This document shows, in pieces, positions 13,201 to 27,056 of a stretch of DNA of 64,000 nt (position 1 is the first letter of the stretch; every line of letters begins with the position of its first letter). The DNA is taken from contig NC_092675.1 in assembly GCF_964355755.1 (NCBI RefSeq), forward strand, positions 30,042,912 to 30,106,911, given 5' to 3'. Position numbers and translations under genes: made by a program. Source of the DNA: Antedon mediterranea (Eukaryota; Animalia; Echinodermata). The notes under the pieces are model-generated. The model had not been told where the DNA came from, searched no databases, and saw nothing but the letters and a program-made list of their open reading frames with translations.

Positions 13201-14842
13201 TTTTGATATACTTTATAGAAAAAATATATATATATTATTCTTAATAGTTGGCTTATTATATATTATTATACAATAAAAACACCACAATGTTTTTTATTGA
13301 CTTTATTAAACATATATATCATTATTTAGAACAGTTAAATTAAGTATCATCGATTTGCCATTTCGTTTAAAAGAACGTATCACATTCAATCTGTAAAAAA
13401 AGAGAATATATTACATAATATTAATAATGTAGGTTGTTATTTACGTCCGAGGAAAAGAAAACCTGTCGATCGAAACAATGACAATCAAAAATTACAAAAG
13501 AATGACAATCAAAGCGCACACGGCGTTCCATACAAATTACCGTTATTGAACTAGCGGCCGCTTTGGTTGGCGGGAGGCCGCTTCGACCGTAAATCCGTTA
13601 TCATACCAGGGAGGGAGTTGTAAACAACTCCCTGATCATACCTTCTTAATTAGTCAGCTCATCATAGCAGTTGGTGGGAAGGCCACGTCTGCCTTGTGCT
13701 CATGATACTGCTGTAGGTAGGAGGAGTACATCATCAGTCTACAGACCACTACAACAACCAATTTTGATGCAATACAAATACTACTGTAGTAGGGCCTATT
13801 TGTAAGTGTTTGTGATATGTTGCCTATTTATTTGAGTGAGGGATTTCATTATAATATTTTACCAGAGTAGTCATTTGGTAAGTTGGTTTTTTTGAAATCT
13901 ATTTTATTAATTAATTATTATTTAATTTTTTTGTACTATAATCTATGGTTGTAACTTGGTGTAGGCCTAAAGTTGATTTAAGTAGTATTTTGTTTTCTAA
14001 GTAGGAATGTATTCCCATTGTTGTATTTTCTCTCCTTTTTTTTGGTTTCCCTGGACCATGAAGAAATAAGTAACTTAAATAAAGAAATAAACTTATTCTC
14101 CATGCTTGGATGCATGCACCTTCTCAAGTTAAAGTGCCACTGATAAAAAAAAAGTGCAGTGCCAATACATTCATTATACTTCAATTATATTATTATAATC
14201 AGCAAGGATTTGTGGCACACTAAAGCGAATCAGACATAAGTTGGAATTTTCAAAATTAAGATGTTCACAAATACTAAAACTACATAATTCAAGATTTAAA
14301 ATACTGAAAAAAAATCTCTTGATACTATTTACTTCCAGAGAGAGATGTCACAGTCTAAAGTTTTGGTTGTTAAATTACAATCAGTTTTTTGAGTGTTTTT
14401 AACAGATAAATCACAAGTAAAAACAAAAAAACAGGGCGTTTTTATGTTTGCGCCTTGTTAAAGGGGTATACTAATTGTTGTTGTATTTCAATGAAACTTT
14501 GCACCTTTGTTCACTAACTAACTATTGTTCTATTATTATGCTCAATTTTTATTAAAAACAACCCATTGGAACATTTTCAATTTAAGCATAAAACATGATA
14601 GGTTTTATGAAAATCTTGCACATTTTCAAACCAACAGACAACACAAAATGTTAAAAATCCTGCATTTATTTGTCTAAAAATAGAAAAACATTAAGATAAT
14701 GTAAATAAGTACCTGTTTCAACTATCATTTTCCGTAAAAAGTAAAAGTAATTTTTCAGCCTTTTATTGTTTTCTACACTTTCTATGTAACACTAACAGTA
14801 ATGATTGTAAAACATGTTAACACACAGAATGGAAAAATCGCC

Positions 14843-17800
14843 ATGGCAGGACCACTGATGACATTTTCTATTCCAAAGGTTAAAAGATCACCAGGTAAAG
14901 CAATTGCTATGTTAATTAATAGAGCAGATTAGGAATGGAGTAAATGTTGATGTGAAATTTGATTAAAATTACAGAAGACGGTTCTCTATGGTGAAGTAAA
15001 AAATCAAGATTTAGTTGGAGAAGGTGGTGTGAAGAATGCTGTTTCATCTTTAGCAAATGGCAATTTAAATACAATGAGTAACAAAACAATGCAATACAAT
15101 CGATAATAGTTCTGTTATGTGCTTTAAGAAACAACGATATTTGTGGAATGTGTTATAACAGTTGTAAAGAATGGCAGAGGGGTAAAAATTAAACTTGCTT
15201 ATGTTTTTTCTTAAGGAGGCTGTAAAAATTTAGGACTCTTCTAAACACTAATTTTAAGGTATTGATTTTTCAGGTTGCAGATCTGATGTTCCACCGACTT
15301 CCAGGAACTATAAAGAAACTCTACAGACAATTCAAAGTTCATTTTTGGATTCAAATTACAAATTCGAAAAAGATTGCCATATCAACTCTATTGAACAAGT
15401 TGTGAATAAGAAGTTTGAGAAAACTTTCCAACAGAAAAGACAAGAAGTGAGATCTGATCTAAACTGCGTTAATGTGGGCGAACGGTTTGCCTTTGCAATT
15501 GTCGACTGCGAAGAAAAAGTCAAAGAAGTGTGTCGGGATGGAATTAATAGCGGCCATGAAAAATTGACCTATGCGACCTTGGGAAAACAAACATGTGGTG
15601 TTCATTTGTGGCAGAATGCTGATGTTGTTCTACGATCAGTTTCCAAAATCCCTAGAACATTACACCTTATTGTATACAAGGTAATAAGAATTTTACTTTG
15701 ACAGTAGGATACATTATTGGTGCATTTTTGTGGTACGGCAATATACCTGTCTAAAGTTTTCTAAAGTTTTTTAAAAACTTTTTTAGTAGACCCAGTTTAG
15801 TCCATTTTGTTTTACATTATTTCTTGATTTCCATTGTGTAAACATTACATATAATACTATAACATCAATGAGTTACAACAGCATTGGAATTTTAAGAAAA
15901 AAAATAACTTACTATGTAAGTTAAAAAAATGTTTTGCCAGGATTGAATGGAATTGTTAACAATAACTCATACAGTACTAGCACATAGAAAATAAAACATT
16001 GCAAGGTGCTGACTTGTTAACCTCTCCATTTTTAACCTGATTGATCAACATTTCTAATAATTGCTTTAGGTGATACGTGGCAGAGCAAAACTCATTTCTC
16101 CAAGTATTGATAGTGATGTTGAACCCACGCCTAACTTTGAATGCCATGTAAGCCGCGATTTTCCAAAAACTACAGCATCACTTGGCCAGTTAATTAATAC
16201 CACACAGGTGAGTACAGAAAGCATCCGTTTATTACTGTATTATTAAATGTAAAATTTTTAGAATATTATTCTGCATTAATCGTATTTTATCTATTGTTTT
16301 TCTATCCTCCTTAGATTTTTATCTATGAATACGACGAGGAATGCCTACCGGTTAAGCGTCCCAGACATTGTTATCCTTATGCGGTTGTTACTTTCTCCAA
16401 ACTAATACATTCGCAGAAGCACCAATTATTGCCATGCATTTCAGATGTTGAACAAGAGTCTATGCATTGGTCTTCAGATGATCTGATGTCCAGATATATG
16501 AATGACGAAGTGATTACTGATAACACAAAATTGAGTAAACCTTGTGAAAATAAATCACATAAAGTAGGCATTTTTCAATCAGAGCAGGATGCAATAGTGT
16601 TTAGATTAAAAGAGAAATTAGCAAAAAAAAAGATGGCTGTAGAATCAAGTTCTTGGAAAATGAAAAACAAATTACAGACAAACTCTTCATCCAGTTGTGA
16701 CAGATTTAAAATCAAAGCAAAAACAAACCAAACTATTAAAGATGCCAATGATAATGACAGTAAACAATTATCTAAAGCAAAAAAGCAGAAATTGATTGCA
16801 GCAAACGAAGAAGATATGAATTCAGTAAAAGGAAATAGTTTGCTTTCAAAGAATAGTACAGATGATGTTCACAGAAAGTCGCATTTAACCCAAAAAATTG
16901 AAAGCAATGAAGCATGTAATATGTATTTGGAACACCACACCTCCACATGCCTCAACAAACATCATTTATCTAGTGAGAATAAGAAAGATTACTCAAAGAT
17001 GAGAATTAAAGAAAATGCTGATAGAAGTGATTGCTTGCCGGAATCACAATCGATGATACCATTGTCCACCAGTTCCTCAGACATCACTGTCATTACATCT
17101 GGTGATAATCAAAGCTTGTCTCCAATGATAAAGAAATCATTTGTGCTAATTCGCTTCACACGAAAATGGCTGAAAAAATATGGCTGGGGAGTTCAGACTA
17201 TGACTAAAAAATTACTTTGCAATTGCATCAGAGTTCTCAAGTGGATTGAAGTGATGGGAGTGAGTTATCGAGATAAAGGAATGAATCATTTTAACTTTGG
17301 CATCTTAGATGCCCGTGTGCTTCTTTACTACTTATCGTTGCATCGTGGTAATTTTGGTAGAAAGATTCAGTTGGTGAATGAGGACATTGATCAGAAAGAA
17401 TTTAGACATATGATAGATGGTTTGTTACTGCTTTATAGATTTGAAAAAATGCCTGAAGATATGATTGTATTGGTTGAAAATTTAGTTGAAAATAGAAATT
17501 TGAGGGCTGAAACATCCAGGGTAGGGCTAAATGCTGATAAAAGCAAGAATACAGTGGTCCAAAACAGACAGAAGAGAGAAGACAACGCAGATGACGATAC
17601 AGATTTAGAAGCAGTATCAGGTTACCTGGGGGATCAAGCCTGTTCTGGTACAAATATAGATGAAATTAATCTGAAGGAATCAAGTGAACCCAAACCCACA
17701 TGCACTGATCCTCATCCTCATGCTTTCATCTCTGAAGATAAGATTGTAAAAATAATTCAAAATTTATCAAGTAGAAGAATTGAATGTAAACAGAATATCA

Positions 17801-20775
17801 CTTTGAATATTTATAATGTTTGTTCTGATTGTGGTATGAAGAACAATCAGACCATTATCATTGAGTCAGATGACAATGAAAGTGATGATTTGAAAATGGA
17901 GATTAGTGAAAAACCTTTACAACCCATTGAAGACCATTTAGATACTGGGGCCATGGAAACTGAGATGGCAGAAGTTCCTTTACAAACCAAAAATATACAT
18001 GTTCTTTCAACTGTTGCAGCCAGCGATTCTGATAATGAAGACCAATTAGAAGCCGAGTGTATGATCAAATTGAAGATGGCAGAAGTTCCTTTACAAACCA
18101 AAAATATGGATGTTCTTTCTAATGTTGCAGCCAGTGACTCTGGTATTGAAGACCATTTCGAGTCTGAGGCCATAATCAAATTGAAGATGGCAGAAGTTCC
18201 TTTACAAAGCAAAAATATGGCTGTTCTTTCAAAATTTGCAGCCAACGAGTCTGACATTGAAGACCATTTAGAGTCTGAGGCCTTAATCAAATTAAAGATG
18301 GCAGAAGTTCCTTTACAAACCAAAAATATGGCTGTTCTTTCAAATGTTGCAGCCAACGAGTCTGACATTGACGACCATTTAGAGTCTGAGGCCATGATCA
18401 AATTGAAGATGGCAGAAGTTCCTTTACAAACCAAAAATATGGATGTTCTTTCAAATGTTGCAACCAACGAGTCTGACATTGAAGACCATTTAGAGTCTGA
18501 GGCCATGATCAAATTGAAGATGGCAGAATTTCCTTTACAAACCAAAAATATGGCTATTCTTTCAAATGTTGCAGCCAATAAGTCTGTTATTGAAGACTAT
18601 GTTCTTTCTGACATTGAAGACAATTTAGAATCTGAGGCAATGATCAAATTGAAGAAGGCAGAAGTTCCTTTACAAACCCAAAATATGGATGTTCTTTTAA
18701 ATGTTGCAGCCAATGAGTCTGATAATGAAAACCATATTCTTTCAACTGTTGCAGCTAATGAGAATTGTATTAAAGACCATTCAGGAACTGAGGCCATAAA
18801 GATGGGAAAAAAGCCTTATCAAACCAAACATGTAGATGCAGGTCTTTCAGTTGAAGCCAACAAATCTGATATTGAAGACCATTTAGAATCCGAGGCCATG
18901 ATCAAATTGAAGATGACAGAAGTTCCTTTACAAACCAAAAATATGGCTGTTCTTTCAAATGTTTCAGCCAATGAGTCTGCTATTGAAGACAATGTTCTTT
19001 CAAATGTTGCAGCCAATGAGTCTGACATTGAAGACCATTTAGAGTCTGAGGTCTTGATCAAATTAAAGATGGGAGAAGTTCCTATACAAACCAAAAATAT
19101 GGATGTTCTTTCAAATGTTGCAGCCAATGAGTCTGATATTGAAGACCATGTTCTTTCAACTGTGGCAGCCAATGAGAATGGTATTGAAGACCATTCAGGA
19201 ACTGAGGCCATGATTAAATTGAAGATGGCAGAAGTTCCTTTACAAACCAAAAATATGGATGTTATTTCAAATGTTGCAGCCAATGAGTCTGTTATTGAAG
19301 ACCATGTTCTTTCAAATGTGGCAGCCAATGAGTTTGACATTGAAGACCAATTAGAAACTGAGTGTATGATTAAATTGAAGATGGCAGATGTTCCTCTGCA
19401 AACCAAAAATATGGATGTTCTTTCAACTATTGCAGCCAATAAGTCTGACATTGATAGGGCATGTTTTTCAAATGTTATAGAGAATGAAGAAAAACCTCCA
19501 AAAGATGTGAACAATATCGAAGATGCATTGGAAACTGTGATGGTAAACAGGGCTTTGCGAATGAAATGTGCAGTGAACCTTCTAAAACTTAAAGAGATTA
19601 ATCTGGAAAATGGAGGTAATGATAAAGAACCCTCTCTCCTTCCTTCATCTTTGGCAAAAACAACTAGAAAATGTGCAAAGAACATTTCAAGACTTAAAGA
19701 AATTGATGTGGACAATGGAGTTAATGATAAAGAACCCTCTCTTCTTCCTTCATCTTTGGAAATAACAACTAGAAAATGTGCAAAGAACATCTCAAGACCT
19801 AAAGAAATTGATGTGGACAATGGAGTTAATGATAAAGAACACTCTCTTCTTCCTTCATCTTTGGCAAAAACAACTAGAAAATGTGCAAAGAACATTTCAA
19901 GACTTCCAGAAATTGATGTGGACAATGGAGTTAATGATAAAAAACCCTCTCTTCTTCCTTCATCTTTGGCAAAAACAATTGGAAAATGTACAGTGAACCT
20001 TTCAAGACTTGAGGATATTGATCTGGACAATAGAGTTCCTTCATCTTTGACAATAACAACTAGCAACCCTGACAAATGTAGTTCACAAGATTTAATTACA
20101 ACCCCTGCCAAGGGAGTTAAGCTGAAGAATAGTACTGCTATTTTTGAAGAACATGCTTATGACAAGTTAAAGAAAACCTTTGTATCAAGAGATCATAAAG
20201 GTACTAATCGTACTAAGCAGACAATTAGTTCTAATGAAACCAATAGAGCAGATAACACCATGTCAGATAACATTTTTCAGGAGTCAAATAATACTTCCAG
20301 TGTTGCTCGTCGTTTTCTACTTAGTAATGGAGACAAACATTCAAATGATATCAAGATAGTAGGTTGCCGACAATTAAGTAAATACAATTGCACTACCCAT
20401 TCTTCTAACATAAATAGTGGCCATAACGAGTCTGATTTTGAAAAAAGCAGGTTGATTATGGAGACGTTTTCAAAATATAACATCAATCGAAAACGCACAA
20501 GAAGTACAACTTCTATATCAAACTCTCCTCCGGTCAAGAGGTGCAGAGATGTGCCACCTAGAAGAAATTCAGAAAGATATGACACTTTGGATAGTACTCC
20601 GTATATGGCCTATCGCTCGCCACATGGAAGACGGTCAAGTGCTAACAACGTTAGGCCTATGTATCCAGAATATGTTGAGAATAATCGAAACATTAATCGG
20701 GCAGCAGACGACAGTCCGAGAGAAAGGGTAACAGACTCCAGAAGAAGTTATTGGTGGAATAATCTACTTGAATGA
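14843..20775 (+). CDS. TASOR/TEX15-like protein, paralogue A (N-terminal DUF3715 pseudo-PARP domain plus long repetitive tail), ~1685 aa
   Basis: Exons: 14843-14894, 15274-15680, 16070-16207, 16315-20775 (5058 nt, in frame). Motifs FSIPKVKR, VVNKKFEKTFQQKRQE, ERFAFAIV, TLGKQTCGVHLWQNADV, IVYKVIRGRAK, EPTPNFECHVS and QIFIYEYDEECLPVKRPRHCYPYAVVTF match the TASOR/TEX15 DUF3715 pattern (DPTPxxECHVS; YFYEY...RPRHxxPYAVV). Confidence 0.88.
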
Positions 20776-22769
20776 GTGAGACAAAGACGAAGAAATGATG
20801 AATACTCGCAAGCTATTTATTATAACCATAATAATTGTTAATGATTTATTATTATTCATTTGTGCTTTCTGGTTGTTTTACACTTTTATTGAAAACGATA
20901 CCTAAAGATCATGCTAGTGTACTGTTGGTTGTTATTTTAAGTTTTGCATTGTAATTCTCTGCCTTTTTTTTGTTTTTCTTCTTTTTTTTAAACTTTCATT
21001 CACTAATTAGTAGAATCATTTGTTACTTTGGTATTCTAATTTGTTTTAATCATATTTGTATGATGTCAATGCTCCTCAGATCGTCAACATGCAAACAGTT
21101 GATGAGAACAACTAAATAAGTATAAGAATGACGTCATTAGCATTTAGCTTCAGGACTAATTATTTATTTTAATTTATTTTACTGTATTTCTAACAAAATC
21201 ATAATCATAGTACATTTAATACTAAAGACTATAACGATCGTTGTATTTTAAATCTCCTTTCATCTTGAATTCTAACTAAACTTTTGTAAATTTAAAAAGT
21301 GTTATACAGTTAGGTATTAATTTGATAATTGTTTGATAATTAAGATTAACATCATTTAATGGTTTAATTTTTAAACAGTTGATAGGAAAAAGTATTTTAT
21401 TTTAATATTAATGATTAAAATTATGTACAGTATAAACAAATATTGATTTGTGACACTGTATCTAAGATGTACTGTAGGCCTATTAGTAATCAGATGCAGC
21501 TTTTTGTAAAGCAATTTTTATTTTTATATTATAAATTCAGGTTAAATAATGTATACAATTTTCCATTTTCAATCACGTATATTAGCAATCAAACGTGTGT
21601 AAAAATGATGTGTACAGTATAGCAATTTTACCAAATCTTACATTATAACACATGTAGGTACACATTGTTAATGACTCTCTTATTTTGTACATACAGCAGT
21701 GTTTTTAAATTATTGAAGTTTTGTTGAAATAAATATTTAAATACAGTAGATGTTGATTGTGTATTACCCACATATGTATATGTGTGTGTATTCATATTTA
21801 TTCAGTTTTTATATTTTTTTAATAACTTATTATATTTTTGTTTTATTTATTTTTTACTTTTTTTTACTTCGTGATGTTCTTGATTCACTTCAAAGGGGAG
21901 GTGACTTTGAATCAATGTAGCTTGATGTCTGGTTTCAAATGGCGCCAGTGTCACAGGATTTATTGACATATTAATAATTAAAACTTCACTCCCAAAGACT
22001 TTGTTTATATGTGGAGCAACTTGTGGTACACAGTACAAAAACGTCGTATGAATAAAATACGAATGACTAAACTTAATTTGACTTCTAGTCTATGACTCCA
22101 TTTATAACATTTTCGATCTTTAGGCCTACCCCTCAGTATACCACGATTAAACGTTTACAATTTCTGTCTAACGCATACTGTTTTATACCGTTTAGTGTGT
22201 ATGTATTATTTTTACAAGAGCAATACTTATACATCGTATATTTCTACGGTATACGTGTTTATATGCAGCAGCAGGTACAGTGTGTATAGTTCAGAGACCA
22301 AGTTTGATTCCGGGTGAATAAATAATTGCATACAAGGATACGTGGGTGTCGAAAGACACTTTGATATTCCAAATAAGGAAATCGTTACAACATATTCATG
22401 GTAAAGACGATGATGTCATTTTAATTTCATTTTAAAATATTTATGTGATGAGATCATAATCACCACGACAGGCCTATATAGGCTATGGTAGCTACTTTCA
22501 TAGATAGTCCTACACATGGAGGTATAAAAGTATAACTCCATGGTCCTACACGTATAAAAACCCAGTTGTCTGAAAGCTTTCAATTTGTGAACGGCATGAA
22601 GTAAAGTAAGTTGATGTGTGTTACCACCCTCTTTTTAAGATCAAATAATTTTGTTCAGTTTCATGGTTAATTTTCCTTTTTGTATACGGACGTGCCATTA
22701 TTGTTTTGCTTTGGGATATTTTGTTCGCGTTTTTTAGGATACCTGTCGCTTCAGCACGGGTATTGGTGA

Positions 22770-23400
22770 TAATATCACTACATTTTTCATAAACACTCCT
22801 TTCCGAACTTTAAGGACAAGCTGGAGACGACGGTCACAGAGCCTATCAAGAGAAAATTGTTCTAGGGCTGCAGTGTACGAATAGTACCCCTTCCCGTAGT
22901 ACAATTCTTAAAACCCTCTTCTAGACCGATTCGAGGTCACAGCCTAATTCGGAAGTCAGGGAGGAGTGCCAGGAAGGATAAGCATATTCAATTATGGGGC
23001 ATATGAAAGATTTATAAATCTTGATTAACTGATCTTCTGGTGCACCAAATCTTGTAGGGACCGACACAATATTATACATGGCTTTGGCCTTGCTAACGAT
23101 CTCACCAATGTGTGTATCCCACTTAAGGTTATCTTTGATAGTTAAACCTAAAAGCGTCAATTGCATAACAGTCTCAACTTGAACTCCATTATTAGTCAGT
23201 AAATTATAGTAACCAGAAGTTTTGCAAAAAGTTAATCTTCACTGATTTACACTTATTATAGCCTAGGGTTAAGGGCCATTTTATTTATTTTACACCATTC
23301 CTCTAAATTACTAAAGTACGATTGGATAGAGTCCAGACAGTTATTTTTTGAGATATCAGCGAATTAGGTAATTAAATCGTCGACAAATTTCCACCTTGTA
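22770..23400 (-). mobile_element. Degenerate LINE (CR1/L2-group) reverse transcriptase fragment
   Basis: Minus strand reads WKFVDDL near 23390, then LLGLTIKDNLKWDTHI...YKSFICPIIEYAYPSWHSSL, with stops and frameshifts. Confidence 0.8.
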
Positions 23401-23484
23401 ATGCAATATAATGCCGATCGAGTCATTGACCATTACTCGAAAAAGGCTTGGGCCAGATTTCGTTCCTTGTGGACACCACAATGT

Positions 23485-23955
23485 ACTAGAAATAATAGTA
23501 TTCATACTCATAAGACTAGATCCTCCTTACCACTTACCAAATTAACATTAATGCAACTTAATATCCGTTATAGTGGCACCAAATTATTTAATGATTTCCC
23601 TGACGAAATTAAAAATGGCACCTTCAAAACAAATATTTCTTTTAAACTTAAACGAATTCTACTCCATAAATAACTAATAATAATAAATAACAAAATAAAA
23701 TATATTTATTCTAGTTTTCAGTGCGCTTCCATAGTATTTTGATATTATTACATTGTCGTTGTTTTGCTTTACTTGTTTGTTTGTCTGTCCTGTCACTTTG
23801 TTTCTGTTTGTTCAAACTTCAATATGACCTTTAACTTGCTACCCGTCACGTTTTTTGAAGGGTGACCTTCAAAAGTTATTACTCCCTGGGTTTTGCCACT
23901 TGATTATTTATATTAAGTTGTTATTTTGTTTACAGAGAAAGAAATAAATGTTATT
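23485..23955 (+). mobile_element. 3' end of a second LINE (CR1/L2/Crack-like)
   Basis: SIHTHKTRS...IRYSGTKLFNDFPDEIK...SFKLKRILL*, then a T-rich 3' UTR ending in aaataaatgttatta. Confidence 0.65.
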
Positions 23956-24965
23956 AGCCTAAGAATGAATGTTAATTCGATATGTCATGTAGACAGCAGA
24001 ATGGAGAGAAGATAACCTTTTGTTGGAAATTAATTAAAACGGCGTAAGAAGCTCGGATTAATAAAAGATTAAATGACCATTTAGTCACGTTGCTCTTTTT
24101 ATCATTTTCAATAAAATTTTACTACGAACTTATGAGGCCACCCAAGGTCGCACTAACATTTTTTTCAGTTATAATAAGTAGTTCCCTTTATTATTAACCA
24201 AAAATTCTAAAAGTGTACTCGTTGATAATTATATCATAGCAGTAAATTGGTATTGAATTAAGAATATTACTCTTATCTTGTTAAATACAATGTAATATCA
24301 TGTTCTATACTTTGAATTGTTACTCTCACCATCGATAAAAAAAATAAACTGTGTTTCTAATAATATTACTTAATAAAATGATTGATAATTGAAATTAATT
24401 TCGTTGTTCCTTGGTCAAACTTTCACGGATCACTGATTTTGACCAAAAAGAAAGAGTCACTGATGACCAATGAGCTTGGCTTAATTACTGATGACTCAGC
24501 AAATTTGCATTAACAAAGAGGTACAAAACCTGAAAACTGTCTGCAATTGCGACACAAGGAAAAATAACTTGTGATGTGAATCTCTTTAGTTGTTGTCTCA
24601 GAGATAGAATATGAATCCGATATCGAGGAAGGCGCCAACCAAGGTCATGCGATATCAAAGGTCAGGGTAAAATTTCAAAAATGCTCCGACTTTTTACTCC
24701 ATGCTGATCAGAGAGGTATTTACACCTCCCTGCTCCAATCAAGCTGAAACTAAGGTATAGTTTTCAAACTTGGTGGGTGCCACTCCCGGTGCCACTCGGT
24801 ATAAGAAAAACGAGTTAATAGGTCGTCAAGGTCAAATCTCAAAATGATAGGGTGAGTATGAATCTGATCGCCACCAAAGGTCATGCGATGTCAGAGGTCA
24901 AGTAACTTTTCAAAATTGCTTCGATCAAGCTGGAACTCTTCATCATTAGTATTTCATTTATGGAA

Positions 24966-25916
24966 CTGTCACACCAAAATCAGTCCGGGCCAAAATCGGT
25001 CCGGCGGACCAGTTTTGGCTGCCAAAATCAGTCCGGTGGACCATTTATGGCTACCAAAACCTGTCCGGCCGGACCAATTTTGGCCGCCAAAACTGGTCCG
25101 GCCGGACCAATTTTGGCCGCCAAAACTGGTCCGGCCTGGATAAAATCGGTCCGGGTAGTAGGACTGTTTTTTGCCGCCAAATATGGTCCGGTCTAACAAA
25201 TATATGGTGTGCAAAATGAGTCATAATGTATATCATTAAAAAAAGGCCATGATTAGTCATTATATTGAAAACTACGGGGTTTTATTTGTTATTTTAATAT
25301 TATAAATTAAGCCTGTTTTTTTATTATCATTATTAGTAGTAACTCATCAATAATTAGTAGGCCTACTAATTGTTAGGCTTTTTGTATACAATATGTATCT
25401 CTGTCTGTTTTTAATCCATTTTGTTCTTTTTTAACATCTTCGTTTCCCCATGATGTTAAAAACAATTTAATTTATTAATTTTTTATGGTTAATCAATCAA
25501 TATATCAATTCAATACAATTATTATAAAACAATTATCCAATATTGATTAGGCTGAGGAAGGAAAAAGGCCTCAATCATAAATAAAATCTAGCTGGCAATT
25601 TTTATCAGCGTCTCATACCCGTTCGTGTGAGCGTGCAGGCCGAAATATGAGTGAACACCTAAGTCATGTTTTTAGATAAAATACATTTATTTATAGTATT
25701 TATCCGACAAGATAACTTACTAATATATATCATGGGATATTTTTCTAGCCATAAACAACTTAAAACAGCATCATAGGCCTAGTAATTCAATTAAAATCGA
25801 CAGAAGAAAAGCCCGGACCGATTTTGGCAGTGGCGGACTGCTTTTGGCCACAATTTTAGAGCCAAAACTGGTCCGGCCGGACCGATTTTGGCCCCGGACC
25901 ATATTTATCGTGACAG
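24966..25916. mobile_element. Non-autonomous DNA transposon with subterminal palindromic repeats
   Basis: Termini CTGTCAC...GTGACAG. Both ends carry multiple ccaaaa(c/t)tggtccggccggacc(a/g)attttgg palindromic units around an AT-rich core. No clear TSD. Confidence 0.75.
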
Positions 25917-27041
25917 AGCCCTAGTTATTGTTTTATATCATAAATGTATTACCAATTACATTTTATAATAATCTATTTTATAAAATATAGTCCTAATAAT
26001 TTAATTTCAATTAGGGCCTACACTTTTTTTTTTAACAATGTACTTAGGCCTATTGTATTTAGCCTACGTATGAACCACGATTTATGAACACCTGCCTCAT
26101 TGTCTTGCTTTTGTTCTCTATATAGGCCTATTGTTATTATATTGCGGAAATGGGAAGTAGACCCTGACGGTTATCTAACCTTGAGGTCACGAGGTCATGG
26201 GAATGGTCAATGTTTATATAACTAAATCTTTTCATTTGATATTTTATTAGTATTTACTGTTGTTTTTTAAAATATTATTTTCAGTTTCTCAGTAGGCCTA
26301 TTACTATTGTCAATTTATAGTTATTACTACTAATTTGGTTGTATATCTCAGTTATACCATGGAGTCCCATACCGACTACGACAGCGATCGTGTCGGTGGG
26401 TTAATTATTATTTTCTATTGTTTGTTGTATATAGGCTATATATATTTATTTTAAGAACGCATTGTGCATGAACGTGTTTCACCGTTGTAAAGGTGTAGCT
26501 TCAATACATATTATTATTATTATAGCCTCTCTTCTCCCAGAAGTGCTTTGGGGTTTGCGCATGACTAGTCCGAGTTTCTAAATATCCATTTTCCAACCAT
26601 TTTACCCGCTTGATACAGTTTCTCAATGCGTCTCCGGCGTCCCCTGCTTCATAAGTTAACTTCCTAAAGGCGCAGCGCGGAAAAAATATTTACACATCAA
26701 TAATATACTGTACATACAATTTAATTGAATATGATTAATACTAAAAATCAATCAATATAATTGTAATAATTATATCGAAGTCATTATTTTTTTTATTTGG
26801 GCAAATAACTTCATTAAAACTAAAACGTCTATTTAAAGATTTGCTTTATTTATATTTAGGGACAAAACAACAAACATTGATTACATTACGCAGGTACTTC
26901 TGCTTCTGTAATTAGATAATTTTGATTTAAATTGTTATTATTGATTTATTATTTATCGATGATCAAGAAAGAAATGAATTTCAAATACTGTAGTACAGTA
27001 ATTAAATAAATAGGCATCTCCAATATTAACAATATTGACTT

Positions 27042-27056
27042 AGCGCCCTCTGTTGG
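27042..27056 (-). promoter_or_regulatory. CTCF-like motif at the edge of a CpG-rich patch, possible promoter of paralogue B
   Basis: agcgccctctgttgg is close to the reverse complement of CCACCAGAGGGCGCT. It is followed by CpG-rich sequence and a candidate donor (gtaagg) at 27300. Confidence 0.4.

Noticed and set aside
14346-14393. ATG TCA CAG TCT AAA (MSQSKV...) resembling paralogue B's start MSQPKKV
   Set aside because: No good donor and an in-frame stop follows. The exon at 14843 carries the family FxIPK motif in the correct phase.
17847-20111. Long antisense ORFs of 243 and 430 aa
   Set aside because: Mirror frames of the coding tandem repeats in paralogue A; no independent gene signals.
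24883-25260. Short repetitive ORFs in several frames
   Set aside because: They arise from palindromic subterminal repeats of a non-autonomous transposon.
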